DNA from: Chrysomallon squamiferum
Lineage: Eukaryota > Animalia > Mollusca
Length of the DNA: 64,000 nucleotides
Direction of reading: 5' to 3'
NCBI GenBank assembly: GCA_012295275.1
Contig: CM022665.1
Span: 14,322,001 to 14,386,000, forward strand
Part shown: positions 26,103-40,095 of the stretch, one piece after another
Position numbering within the stretch: the first letter of the stretch is position 1
How the letters are laid out: the number at the start of each line of letters is the position of its first letter
Made by a program: the position numbers and the translations under genes
Notes under the pieces: model-generated
What the model saw: only the letters and a program-made list of their open reading frames with translations
Databases searched by the model: none
Told to the model about the DNA's origin: nothing

Positions 26103-26243
26103 CTTGTGTCACAGAGACATTGCTGACACACAATTGTGTCACAGAGACATTGCTGACACACTTGAGTCACAGAGACATTGCTGACACACTTGAGTCACAG
26201 AGACAGTGCTGACACACTTGTGTCACACAGACATTGCTGACAG
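26103..26243. repeat. 28-bp minisatellite, ~5 copies (CTTGWGTCACAGAGACATTGCTGACACA)
   Basis: Units start at 26161, 26189 and 26217, with similar units before them. More degenerate copies extend back to ~26010. Confidence 0.9.
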
Positions 26244-26989
26244 AGATTACAAGTAACAGACAATCATGTGGACAGATAATGATACAATTAAGTGTTCAGC
26301 TAAGGCTGACAAAAGACAAAAAGACAAACATTTAGAAAATTATAGACATACAAATACATCTGTTCTTGAATTAACAGAAGGTCAGATAGGCGAGCAGCAA
26401 CTCACATGGAGGAAAGACAAATGCAGTATTTTTGAAAAGTATTATTTTGCCAATTGTACCTTCTCATGTATACCAAGTTGTTTGTAAAATGTGAACTCCA
26501 TTAAAGTCATTTGAAACATGCACAAATGTTATGAATCATCTGTTTATTGTCATCTATATCAATTTGCAAAACTGTATTTACTAAGTGTTTCTGTCTGTAA
26601 AACTTGTATCATAAACTGAAACAAGAAAACAAATCTTTGTTGTATTAAGTTCATTTTAATATTAATTACTTACATGGTTAATAGCTTGTATTAAACTATT
26701 ACATGGAAAGACATCCACACATAAACACACACACACACTCTCTATCTCTATTTCTTACATAAACCTTACTATAAACTATACTGTTACAATCAAAATATAT
26801 CTAAACCAGAACATACACACCACCATAGAGAATTTCATTACAGTATCTGATTGGAAATAAATTAATTTCTTAATAATAAATAAATGTCCTTGTCAGACAG
26901 ATCAATTTTATAATAAGTTTTTTATTTCACAATTAAACCACAACCATTTTTAAATTACAAAACTGTTAATTGTCCAGAATTAAATATTG

Positions 26990-27133
26990 TGTCCACCTAC
27001 AGAGACCACCTCAAATAAACAACCACCTAAGTTAAAAATCCAAAGTTGAGACTGAACCTTGCTAAACAGGACCTGCTTGAAAAAAGCTACTTTTTAATGT
27101 TCTCTTTGGTGGTCACTTGAAACTTTGATCTGT
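26990..27133. mobile_element. Degenerate Tc1/mariner-type MITE relic
   Basis: Repeated GACCACCT/AACCACCT subterminal motifs at the left and complementary GGTGGTCAC...TTTGATCTGT at the right. This is the usual layout of TA-flanked invertebrate MITEs. Confidence 0.4.
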
Positions 27134-28063
27134 GTGTGTGTCTCTGCACGTGTGAATGTACATGCACATCAGTGTCTGCATGTGCACAAACATACCTAAA
27201 ACTAGTTACAACAACAAAATCAATGATAGTCGGCCTATTGAAGTAGCTGATACCAGCGTAACAGATATTTCATTTGTGATATAAATTAAAATTTTGAGTT
27301 TTTTTCATTTTGTATTTTGCTATATGATGTGTTAGGTCACATAAAAAGTTTAAGCTACAAGTTACTTGAAGAACTAAGTATTTATCATTTTTGTTTATCT
27401 AATAATATTAATGCTGAATTTATTTTATGGATTAAAATTTAAAAGGTATTTGTTTTTTCATTCTTGGATGTTATTCTTTTTTTTTTAATTTTATTATTGG
27501 TTTGGTTATTGCTTTTGTAGTTTAATTATCACTTTGATTTCATATTTTTAATTTTATTATTGGTTTTAATATTCTGGGAGAATTGTTTTTTTCTTTTTAA
27601 ATTCATGTATATCATAAAACCGTGTATTATCTGAACTGTGTTTACTTTTTAAATAACATGATTTTAAATTTAATTTATTATTTCACTGTTATTTAAAAAT
27701 AATAATAATAATTAAATTTCTTATTTTTGGAATTTATATGGTTTATAGGTCAATATACAAATACATGTACATATGGGGTGGGGAGTTTATATGTACAAAC
27801 ACATCCACAACCATATTTATACAAACAGAAAAAAAAAAACCCAAATAACATAATAAAAATAATAAAAATATAAAGATTTCTGTTAGATACACATTTTCTG
27901 AAAAGGGAGAAATTACAAAAGAAATAAATTGAAATTGTACTGTAAAATGTACTTTTTATTTGTGATGATTTTTTCATTGATTTGATCTAACTGGACTAGT
28001 CATGAAAAATTCAGAGCACACACATACACTCCCCCCAACACATATATCTGTATATATATATAT

Positions 28064-28103
<40 letters not shown>

Positions 28104-30194
28104 CCTATTTATAATATTAGAAATTAATAAAAAAAATAGTTATATAGAATTCATTTTTTATAAATCTTTAAATAAAATTTAAGTGTTTATAATGTTTTAG
28201 TGCTAATAACAAAATCTCACAAAGAGATCAAATAAAAAAATAAAATGATGAGAATATATAATAACACCAAAACAAGATATGAAAAATATAAATTCTGGTA
28301 AGATATCTGAGACTGATTATGATGGATCTGATAATAAATCTCAATATTACAGTTAACATGAGAGTATATTCATTTGCTTGTGAGTTAGAAATAACATTTT
28401 AAGAATTCTTAATTTGAGCTATGAATTAGGTCAGTCTGGGCCACACTGAACTGTAAACTACATCAGCTAGCTATTTATGGACTCACAATTGAAGAAACTG
28501 TGTGAATTTCAGTTCATTTACTGGATATTAAACAGCATTATCTCCTGTCAGTGCTTGTTAAATAGGATCTTTTAAATGCAGTATTGATGCCTGTGTACCT
28601 GATACAGGTGCTAGTCTGTTTATCTGTGTGGATACCAGAATTACATGAAAACCAGCTTTAGAATTCTAGTGTATTAATTTGTAACTGTTAAATACAGTTT
28701 AGTTTTTTACTTTTCATTATTTATTTTATATTTTAAGTATATATTAAGCCTTGATCCAAAAAGTCCACAAAATCCAGATATCTTATTCTCCTTTGTATCA
28801 AAGTTTGCCAGGTAAATGGTTTGATACATTTATTTATTTATTTCATTTATTACAAAATTCGTCATAAGTTGGTTGCAGGTACCTTTTTATTTATGACAGT
28901 CACAATTTGTCTGATAAGCATGACCCCCAAAAATAATTTTCCCAGTTTGATACATATTTTAAGGACAAAAAGATTTTTAGGTCAGATAATAAATGAAATT
29001 TTATATAGATGAAAATTTTAATTGAAGATGGATGGCACTCAAAAATTAAAATATATAATTATAAAATATAGATGATCCCAAAAATGTTTATTGAAACAGA
29101 GTATATGAAATCTTGACGACAAATATTTAACTAATTTCTAATTTAATATGGTTATGGTTCAGATTATATTTATTATAAAAATTATAAAATATAGAGGACT
29201 GCAAAATAAAGAAGAAAAGGGGCCAAATACTCATTGTAATGAATTTTAAATAGATTTTTAATATAACTTGTTATATGTAAAGAAGAAAAAAATCTCATTC
29301 TGAAACAGAATATACCTGGCTATATTATATTTTTATTTTATTAATAATAAAAGAAAAAATGTATTTAAATAAGATTAATATTTATCACATTTAATAAATA
29401 TTGATCTGATTTAATATATATTTCAATAACATGATATATTTATTAAATACAACTTTATGGTGTAGCATATGAATTTACATTTAAACAAATAGGAAGTTTG
29501 GAGAGGATTTTCAAATGTCTGAAATAATTTTAATTTGCATAACCTGCTTCATCTGACTATTCATTAACTGCTGGATAAAAAAATCTGAGAAATATTTGTT
29601 ATCATTTTCAGTATAAAATATGTTTTCATTTTTCAGCAGAAACTATTTTCGTTAAAAAATGTGTAGTTTTAAAGCATATCTATCAAACAAAATGGCTACC
29701 TTGCTGATATGTAAATTTGTTTCCATGACAATATATCATGTATATTAACAAGTCAGTTCATTTGGCCATGCAGCTTTTACCACAGATCAATACTTTAGTG
29801 ACGCATGCATGGTCATCTGGCATACAGAATTATCTTTCAAACTGTCATCTTTGAAAGCCTTAATTAACAGATCTCCAAGTTTTATTCAAAAACATCTACG
29901 TAAACATTACAAATCGTTTTGAGAATTCTAAAAATGTCAAACACCTTTTTTTTTTTTTTTAAAATATGTTTTCACAGACATAGAATGTTTGAATTAATTT
30001 TACTTTGTGTGCACATACACGCACGTACATGTTCACATACATACATGTGTATGTTGTTTATTTCATTATTTTATTTTATTTATTTATTTATTTATTTATT
30101 TATTTTAATAATTGTTAAGTAATAAACTGGTGATCAATAAGTAACAAAATAATACAGAATCACAATTTACTGAAATAAAAATATATATTAATAT

Positions 30195-30321
30195 GGATTG
30201 TGAATTCTTTATCAGGAATGCATGGGACCAGAAGTGTTTCGGATTATAAGAATAGGAACAAAGTCTAAATACGAATTCCATTTATAATTCATACACAGCT
30301 TATCCAAGTAGTCTGCAGGGT
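30195..30321 (+). mobile_element. Degenerate TcMar-Tigger (Tigger4/Zombi/MER46-like) 5' fragment
   Basis: ATGCATGGGACCAGAAGTGTTTCGGATT followed by AAGTCTAAATACGAATTCCATTTATAATTCATACACAGCTTATCCAAGTAGTCTGCAGG. Both blocks are colinear with the Tigger4 5' consensus as I recall it, with an internal deletion. Confidence 0.6.
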
Positions 30322-31384
30322 GCTTTAACTTTTAATTTTTATTTTATTTTATTTTTTTAATGTATTTATTATTATTATTTTTTAATATAATTATGCTAAT
30401 AATAGACTCTGTGTATGCAAAACAATCCAAAAACTAACTACAAGGTATCGTAAACTGTATTAATAATTAAGACACGATCATGTATATTAATACAACACAG
30501 GTTTGTGGTTCTACATAATTATAAGCAAATATGAATTTGTTTAATAGCGTCTGGCATAAGATAAATTCGCTGGTGATTCAGTCTTTTTGTCCATTTGCAC
30601 CAGTGATATTTATTATATTCATAAATCCGTCATAATGATTAAATCGAGCCAACTGAACTATAGCTAAACCTATCCAACAAAACATTGGTAATATAGTGAA
30701 CAACAACAATAACAGCAACAACAATGATGATGAATAGCGACGACAGCATACACTGTTTAGAATATCAAGAAGAACAATAACACCAGTACCAAGACAAAAC
30801 CTGGTAATAATATAAATTATCGTTCTGTTTGTTTAGTTTTTCACCATAAAGAAATACAGTAACTTTGATGAAAAGATATTTGTACTGAATGCAGTCTTGC
30901 TTAAACAAACAAAAAAAAAAATAATAATAAAAAAATAATAACAAATAAATAAATAAATAAATAAATACAAAAAAATAAAATTAAATAAATAAATAAATCG
31001 GTCATATAAAAAAATAAAAAAAATTAACTAGAAAATATATTGAAGAGAATCAAAAGTATTATTATAAGACAAAATTTTGTATCAGTTTAACATGCAAACA
31101 TAAATTTACAGTAGAGTGTTAGATATAAATGCAAATTCAAATAATTTGGTGAATATGGCTTTTAGTTGCCTTATTTATCAATTTAATTAGTTTGTTCTGC
31201 TAAAATAAAAATGTTATTATAAAAAAAATTAATTATACTTACACGTACAGCGACAATAATAATTCTTCGCCAACTTTCGTATCTCACGGAAATTAAATCT
31301 GTTTTATTTCTTGGCTGAAACAAAACATTTTTTCTTTTATATATTTTTATTTCATATAATTTTCACATTTTATTTATTTATTTT

Positions 31385-31516
31385 ATTTATATCCACACTT
31401 TGTTAGGAATTGGGTTACGCACTAATACATTAAAATAACAAATGTCTTAAACAGGGTTGTAATAGAGTCATGTCTTTTTTGACATTCCAAGAAATTATGT
31501 AACTTAGGAAATACAA

Positions 31517-31600
<84 letters not shown>
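31385..31600 (-). repeat. ~130-bp interspersed repeat attached to a (TC)n tract; inverted partner at 34610-34830
   Basis: Reverse complement ATTGTATTTCCTAAGTTACATAATTTCTTGGAATGTCAAAAAAGACATGACTCTAT...AATTCCTAACAAAGTGTGGA aligns with 34705-34828. Confidence 0.8.
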
Positions 31601-31606
<6 letters not shown>

Positions 31607-31646
31607 TTTTAGTTTTGTCCATTTTGTATACACACATATATCTATA

Positions 31647-31695
<49 letters not shown>

Positions 31696-32203
31696 ATGTA
31701 TGTTTTAACATATAAAGGGAAATAACTGTGGAAGCTCTAGTTATATTCACGTATCTTAAAAATTATCTTGGTCACAGCAGGGTTTTCTCTCTAACATAAA
31801 TTCTTACTTAGGTTAAGCATGTATGTGTGTTAAGTATGTACTTATGTGTGTATGTATGTATGTATACATAGATGTATGTGTTTGTCTGTGTAATAATAAA
31901 TTATGAACAGAATTATGTACATCTGTCTATCTGTCAAACTTTCTGTCTCACTGTCTATTTATGTACAAAGAACTCAATTGCAAACTATCTTACATCCATT
32001 TGCTGATGCACCAACTGACTAATTAAGGACCACCAAATGTTTAATGACAGTGATTGTGCAAAAGGGCTTATAATCTGGTTGAGGATTTTTTATTTTTTAA
32101 CCATTTTTTTTTTTTTTTTTTTTTTTGGTTTTTCACTTTCTCTAAAAGTAATAAATAGTCTGCAAGCCCTTTTAAAATAAATTCTTCATATGTACACAGA
32201 CAT

Positions 32204-32235
<32 letters not shown>

Positions 32236-32923
32236 TGTATGTGTGTGTGTGTGTGTGTATGTGTGTGTGTGTGTGTATGTGTGTTTAAATCATGATATCA
32301 GACATAGTATGATGACGTTCTTATTACCTGACAACATTTATTAACTGTTTTGATGAAGTTTATTTTTCCAGTCTGGTCAACATCGTGCTGTTTAGATGAG
32401 ATTGTCAGGTCTTTGTCAAACACTGTTTATACTGATTACTACACAGGAAATTAAATCTCAAATAGAACATAACATCAGAAAACAGGCTTGCTTGGTTTTT
32501 ATAGCCAAGTCTGTGAAAAGTATAAACAATCGCTAGGAAGTCTATAAAATATATTTAGCTATTTGTTTATATAATTACTCATTCAGCAGAAGTTCCAAGG
32601 AAGATTAGGTCAGTGTCCAGGTATACATCAGACATACAAGTAAGTATGCATACAATAATGATGATGATAATAATTATTACAAATAAATAAATATATTTTG
32701 ATTGGTATAACCTTCGTAATGATATGAATATTTATATAGAAAAAAACCAAATTATAAATAAAAAAATAAGAATTAAAAGTAAATTGTTTGGACTTGTGAT
32801 TTTTATTATACTGACACCTCTAAGATCTATGCATTGAGAACCATGCATTAAAAGAAAAGAAAAAGAAAATTATAAATAATAAAAAGAAAGAATGAAAGAA
32901 AATAAATAAATAAAAATTATTAA

Positions 32924-32954
<31 letters not shown>

Positions 32955-33476
32955 GAAAAATAAAAAAGGACAAATAAAGACTGATAAAATAATCAGAACT
33001 GAAAAAAAGAAAAAAAGAAAAGAAAAATGTTATTCATATTCATAAAATAAAAATTACATTAAATTCCTGAAATACTTAATTATTTCTTAGGTGAATGAAT
33101 CACATGATATACTGAATCACGTGGTACTCAGTGACGTAATAAAGAAATTTCCATCAGCTCATTCCTAATGGTTTATCTTGGCAGACAAATTCTCTTATAT
33201 TTTTTTTTATTTTTTTTTTTAAATATCTATAATTTTCTATTTCTGCTTCAGTTTTCAGACATAGCGGCTGTCATGTTAATCAACAACCACTAAAATGAAG
33301 AGAAGTCATTCTTTATATCTACCCATGTCAGATGACGTCAATGATGTTTTCGTTTCGTTTTTTGATTACTATTACTATTACTGTTATTACTATTATTATT
33401 ACTATTACTATTGTTGTTGTTGTTGATGATGTTATATGGTTTGCTTATATCTGTCTGTCTATCTGTATGTCTATCC

Positions 33477-33512
<36 letters not shown>

Positions 33513-33529
33513 GTCTGTCTCTCCCTTTT

Positions 33530-33562
<33 letters not shown>

Positions 33563-33734
33563 GTGTAGATGTGTAAGATGAAATCACTAATCAAAATCAT
33601 TGCAGAAACCACATATTTACTTCCGAGACATATTTTATCATGATGTTCTTATTTTTGATTCAATTTAGTTATTCGGTTACGTTATGTCTAGACCGATAAA
33701 TCCCACGAAGTACTCGTAAATCCAAGTTGTAAGA

Positions 33735-33965
33735 ATTAATGTAAGTTTTTAACGACATAGCACTACTTTGGAATAATGACGGTCATTAAACGTTATATGT
33801 GATGATACGAGAGAGGAAAATTAGCCTCCATAATTCCGCACGGGCTTAACAGTAAAGTTAACAGCAAGATATCTTTCTGTCGTAGCGCCTCTCTTTGAAC
33901 AGCAAGAAACTTATTATGGCTTTTGACAAACGGTTCTCTGACGTTGGCTGGAACGGAAATTTATC
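33735..33965 (-). mobile_element. Degenerate copy of the same SINE family
   Basis: Blocks TTTAACGAC...GAGAGAGGAAAA...ACAGCAAGATATCTTT...GGCTTTTGA...TGGCTGGAACGGAAAT occur in the expected order. Confidence 0.5.
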
Positions 33966-34178
33966 TGCAGGAGTGAACATTGTGAGAAGAATAAATAAAT
34001 AGAGTCTATCGTTCTCTGCAGCAGCTTATATTCGACTTCTGAAAGGTTAGGTCGCCTGCCAGTACTCATGGGAAATTAAATTAATGCAGATTCAAGTAAA
34101 AGTGAAAAATGAACTTTCTACTGATAATATGGTTTCATGTTCAGGGCATATGAATGTGTATATGTATGTATGTATGTG

Positions 34179-34213
<35 letters not shown>

Positions 34214-34607
34214 AAGTACGTGTGTTTGTGTTATATATGTGTGTATACGTATGTATGTATGCTTATGTATGTCTGTGTATGTATATGTATATGTGTGTGT
34301 GGTATGTGTATATATGTATGTGTGTGTATATGTGCGTGCGTGTCTGTGAATATACAGGCATCTTCTAATTTATACCGTTTTATTCTCTATCGACAGTACA
34401 CAACATGAAAATGATTTAATCATGAAACATCTGTTCTTCAAAAACACGGACTCATGGGATTATATATAAACTGTACTAGAATATTACTGTATGGAAGAGA
34501 TCCAAACTGCTACAGCAAACATATATCATCTGTTCGTACAATACAGTACATTGATATATACACGTACACACACACACACATACACAGACAAACAGACACA
34601 CGCACAC

Positions 34608-34609
<2 letters not shown>

Positions 34610-34699
<90 letters not shown>

Positions 34700-34830
34700 A
34701 ACTATTATGATATTTCGTAAATTACATAATGTTTTGGAGTGTAAAAAAAAAGTCATGACCCTATATAAGACGAATGTTTTTTTTTAATCTATTGGTATAT
34801 GTAATACAATTCCTCACAAACTGCGGAAAA
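34610..34830 (+). repeat. (AG)n tract plus ~125-bp repeat homologous to 31385-31516 (inverted)
   Basis: GATATTTCGTAAATTACATAATGTTTTGGAGTGTAAAAAAAAAGTCATGACCCTAT...AATTCCTCACAAACTGCGGA. Confidence 0.8.
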
Positions 34831-35896
34831 AGGTGCGTGCAAATCTTCGGGAAGCATGAATCATTAACTAAATGTCAGAGTTCATAATTTTGATAGGCAG
34901 CTGGATCAATATATTATGTCTTTTTTTCCCCTGTTTAACAATATGGCCTGTGCTTGCCCTGTAACAAATACAGGACCTATTAGGATTAAAGATTAGTTCT
35001 AATATTTTGTGAAAACAGCGCTGTTTAATGGATTAGTGTACGAAAAATATAATCCAAATCTTTATTCACATGTCATTCGGATCACTGGTTTATTAATCCC
35101 TGTCTTACAGAGCAGAAACACATTTATTTACGACTACGGTGAAATAAGAGTAAACAAAGAATTACTGTTACATAGTCCAGTACCAGTGAAAGATAATTGA
35201 CTAAACATGGTTAGAGTGTAGATTCATTAGTGCTTGTGTATGTGTGGGCTTGTATACAATCTGTGTTATTGTTACGTTCGTACATGTGGGCGCGTGTACG
35301 TGTTTGTATGTGTATGCTTGTTTAAACGAGTAATAATAAAATATATTTTAAGTCCAGTTAAAAAACTGAATAATAACTGCATCACCACCAAGCAACAACA
35401 ACTGCAATAATAATAATAATGATGATGATGATGATAACGATAACGAAAATAATGATCATGACAATGATGGCTAAATTACAAACGGCAATTTGTTTAGTTG
35501 GCAAAATATCATTATCTCAAATATCTTCTGCAATATTTGTGTGCACTTCATCCTTCGGTTTCATAACCAGTGTTGTTTACATAATTATCACATTTCAGTG
35601 GCGGATTCGGAACTTTTTAAACGGGCTTCAAGCAAATCCTGATCACCGGACTTTTGCCATTATAAAAAGTTGCCGATGTGAGCAATTTTACTTCACCGTA
35701 TGCTGTAAAATAGGATTTAGATTTATTCAGAAACTCAGCGGGCGAGTGGCAAGACACGATTATGTTTGACACATGTTGTCTAGATCGATACGACCATTGT
35801 TTTAAACACGTCATGTCGGAATATTTAGCTGTGCGTCCACTAACAAATTTATTTATCGGTAAAATAGACATACCAAAACTTAGAGACACTATTCAC

Positions 35897-35961
<65 letters not shown>

Positions 35962-36544
35962 CACACAGAGAGAGCTCCAAGAAACAGTTTACTTGTTATG
36001 AAATTCTCTTGAATGACTCGTAATTACATAATACGTACACACGTACACGCACACGACATACAACACACACGTACATGCAACATGTCTTCGTCTTAAGTAA
36101 CAACCAGAAGAAAACATCCGTAATAACAACTATATTATTAACATTATCAGTAACAAGAGGAAGAGGAAGAAGAAAAAGCAGAAGAAAGAAAGAAAGAAAA
36201 ACATCAGTAAGAAGAAGAAAAAAAGGAAGAAGAAAACAAAATCCACGAATGCTGACACTTACGGATTATTTGAATATGGGATCTTATTTTAAATTGGATC
36301 GAATGAAATTTGAAATATAACAATATGTAATTGTTGTTTATGTATGACCTTTAGTTTTCTGTGTAAACATGTCAGTGAGTTAGTAAGTTGTCGTATCAGA
36401 GGAAGAGATAAGATTGTCATTGTTGCATAATCTGCTTAATTCGAAATATTGAACATTTGTAGACTGATGATGACCTTTAACCCTTTGTAGAACGATTTGA
36501 CTATTATAGTACAAATTCGTACATATATACATGCATTTGTATGC

Positions 36545-36602
<58 letters not shown>

Positions 36603-37882
36603 CTGTAATCATCTTTTAATAATACATACACTGTCAACTTCATTTGACTTCAAACAGAACTATATTAACGTCATTTCTTTGTAGTTTTTTAAAACAATAA
36701 TTGGATATTAAACGAAACATTTTCCGTTTCATTTAACCCCTTCATATCTGTAGTTTAATATCACATTATTAACTGTTTATCATAACAGATGCTTTTATTA
36801 TTATTATTTTTTTTTTTTTAACAAAGCCGCTTTTTGTTTCTAATTTTGTATCATAATCTAGTGGTGATTTCCATTATATTTTTTCTTCTTCGTCTAAATG
36901 TGAAATGTGAAACCCATAAAGAGAACTCTTTTGGCAACCCGTGTCTTAGAGAAACATGAAAGTATAGACCCTATTCTTTGTTCAAGACTTTAGGAATTTG
37001 TTCCTGGAAATAACGGTTATCAGGCTGTGGCATCGCGCGCGCTTCAGTCGATTTATTTATTTATTTATTATTATTATTATTAATTTTTTTTTGGCTTCTT
37101 TTAAAAAAAATAATTCTAAAAATAGGGTATGCGCAGATTTGGGCTGGGGCGAGCGATAGGTGTATCTTATTTATTATTTATTTCCCCTCCTATATCCTTT
37201 GTCGGAAATTTTAAATTTATTCTGTTGATTCTAGTGAAAGTAGTTTATGTATAATACTACTACCACTACTACTACTACTAATATTAATAATTCTTATTAT
37301 TAGAATCATTCTGTTGTGAAAGGTAACCACATCGGAGTGAGATAACCCCCTTTTCAGAAATCGTGGATGCGCCCTTGATTGAGTTGCAGTTTTTGTGTTT
37401 ATTTACACAACATGTTGTCTGTTTTCTTCAAAAACATTTCGTGCATAATATAAAAAAATGCCTCACATATAGATGTGCTGAGTCTTCTGAGAAAGTACAT
37501 AATGAAAAAAACAAGTGGATGAGGAAAAGAGATGACAAATGAAAGAATGGATGAATGAATGAATGAATGATATTTTGATTGTTGATTATTCACTAAAAAT
37601 AAACGAAAAGAAAGGCTGTATAAATTTAACAAAAAGAAAGTTATATTAACAAAGTAGCAAAATATTAGATAATGGTATATATTTGTGTGTGCGTGTGATT
37701 ATTTATTTTTATTTGAACGTACATAGGCTTTTTTATGTACTTATATAAATAAGTAGGTAGGTTTATATATATATATATATAAAACGTACGCAAAAAATGT
37801 ATGTGTGTGTGTGTGTCTGTGTGTGTGTGTATATATATATATATATAATCATAATATACAAATATTGGCTTTAATAAAGAAA

Positions 37883-37975
<93 letters not shown>

Positions 37976-38180
37976 TCACTATGTATTGACATACCAACAT
38001 ATCTGTCTGTACAAAAAGGTATGAATATAATGATTTAGTTTCATGTTGTAACAGTGAAAACTGCAGGTGTTGAGGAAATAGCGGATTGGCAAATACCACA
38101 AACAGTAAGGTGTAACTTGTAATATAACCTAGAGTGCATATTAGTTACATATATATGTTAAATCAACATGAAACCTATAT

Positions 38181-38257
<77 letters not shown>

Positions 38258-38908
38258 TTGTCTCTATCACTCTGACACACACACATACATTAATACATAC
38301 ACAGATACAGGCACGCACACATATATAGATACATACACTCATGGAGATATTGACATACACACACACATACACACATACAAACATACAAACATACATACAT
38401 ACTTTCACATACGTGCAGACTGATATATAAACAAATACGGATATTAACAAATACTGGTGAGTAAAATAGGAATGGAAGAGGTTAATATATAAACAAATAT
38501 CCGAATGAATTAAATGAATGTGTCAGTAACTAAATAAATAAAATTCTGTATGTGATGAATGTAGAAATAAATAAACAATAAAAAGAATGTATAAACAGAT
38601 AAACAAACAAACAAACAAATAATTATATAAAATATTCGTATGTATATAAATTGTTTTGATTAAGGTTGTGTTGTTAATGATTTAAATTTTTCGGATTTAG
38701 CAGCTATGGAACAATATTTTGATTTTGTTCAGGATAGTGTATAGACACATGAAAAAATGTACAGACAATTTACTGAATCAAAATTATCCTGTTATAATTA
38801 ACACATGAAAGTGTTTTGCTTGAGAAAGCCAATTTCAAACTGAATAGAAACTTTTGTTAATAATTATTAATATATGTGGCACATTCATACACACACATAT
38901 AAATACAA

Positions 38909-38948
<40 letters not shown>

Positions 38949-39068
38949 TATAAAAATTAAATTAAATAAATAAATAAATTAATAAATCAGTTTTAAAAAT
39001 TAGAATATTTACTTTTAATGTATATTATTAAACTGAGCATGTAATGTTTTTACTTTTTTTTTTTTTTA

Positions 39069-39109
<41 letters not shown>

Positions 39110-39319
39110 CACATAAAAGGACGTTTTAACAGAAAGTATTTAAACCTCCACTCCCCAAGTCTTAGTATTTGATCCGCCCTTGCCTGTCGTTCAGTATATC
39201 GTGATATTCAGTGTAACTTCACAGACACATGGCTACACTAAACAAACAAATAAGGTACAGAGTTGATTAATTATGCACCGTGACAAGCTAGAGTTTGATG
39301 GGTAACAAATATCTGTGTA

Positions 39320-39505
39320 GGCTTCCTATGTCACGCCTTCAGCTATTTTTGGAAGGTTTGGCGGTACAGAGTTCGAATCTTGGTATTACTTTCTAACAGG
39401 TGATATGTAAAATTAACATATCATTAGGTTACTACCTTTCTGAGTCTGTTCTCTGTAACTTTGTCTAGTTCCAGTTAGTGTCTCAGGACACTATTTGTGT
39501 GTTTG
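39320..39505 (+). mobile_element. Second tRNA-derived SINE family, degenerate
   Basis: B-box-like GAGTTCGAATC in GGTACAGAGTTCGAATCTTGGTA and a 3' GTGTCTCAGGACA block. A possible minus-strand relative lies at ~63720-63880. Confidence 0.35.
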
Positions 39506-39574
39506 TTTGACTGTTTATGAGAATTAAAGCTCACTTTGATTGGCTATGCAAAATAATAATACATTTAAAAAAAA

Positions 39575-39650
39575 AAAATATTAATAATAACAATAATAAT
39601 AATAATGATAATAACTACAACAATAATTATAGCAATAGTAGCAGCAGGAA

Positions 39651-39685
<35 letters not shown>

Positions 39686-40040
39686 ATTATAATATTAATT
39701 ATAAATTAAAAATACTTTGAAGTAATAAAAACAGTAACAACTGCAGCAGCTATAGTAGTAGTATCAGTAGTGACAGTAGTAATAGATTAATAATAATAAC
39801 AACAACAACAACAACAATATCAGTAGTAGCAATAGCAGCAGCAGCAGTAGTAGCAACAGTAACAGTAGTAGAAGTAGGATATTACAATATTAATTATAAT
39901 TACTTTGAAGTACTAAAAACAATAACAGTTGTAGTGGCTACAGCAGTAGTACCAGAAGTAATACTACTACTAATAATAATTTTAAAAACATTTAAGTAAT
40001 AATTTAAATAGTAGTAGCAGCAAGAGTAGTAGTAGAAGAA

Positions 40041-40077
<37 letters not shown>

Positions 40078-40095
40078 TGATGATAATAATAATAA
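39575..40095. repeat. Compound AAT/AGT/AGC trinucleotide region containing a ~195-bp tandem duplication
   Basis: AATATTAATTATAA...TACTTTGAAGTA.TAAAAACA.TAACA recurs at ~39691 and ~39886. Confidence 0.75.

Larger units (their letters stand above)
18340..26520 (+). other. Putative long AU-rich FRS2 3'UTR (end uncertain)
   Basis: T-rich, CpG-depleted, transposon-poor sequence after the stop codon. Several poly(A) signals: AATAAA at ~18487 and ~22467, ATTAAA at 26500-26505. The true end cannot be fixed from sequence. Confidence 0.3.

Noticed and set aside
26103-26243. CRISPR-like 28-bp palindromic repeats
   Set aside because: No unique spacers, eukaryotic context and no cas genes.
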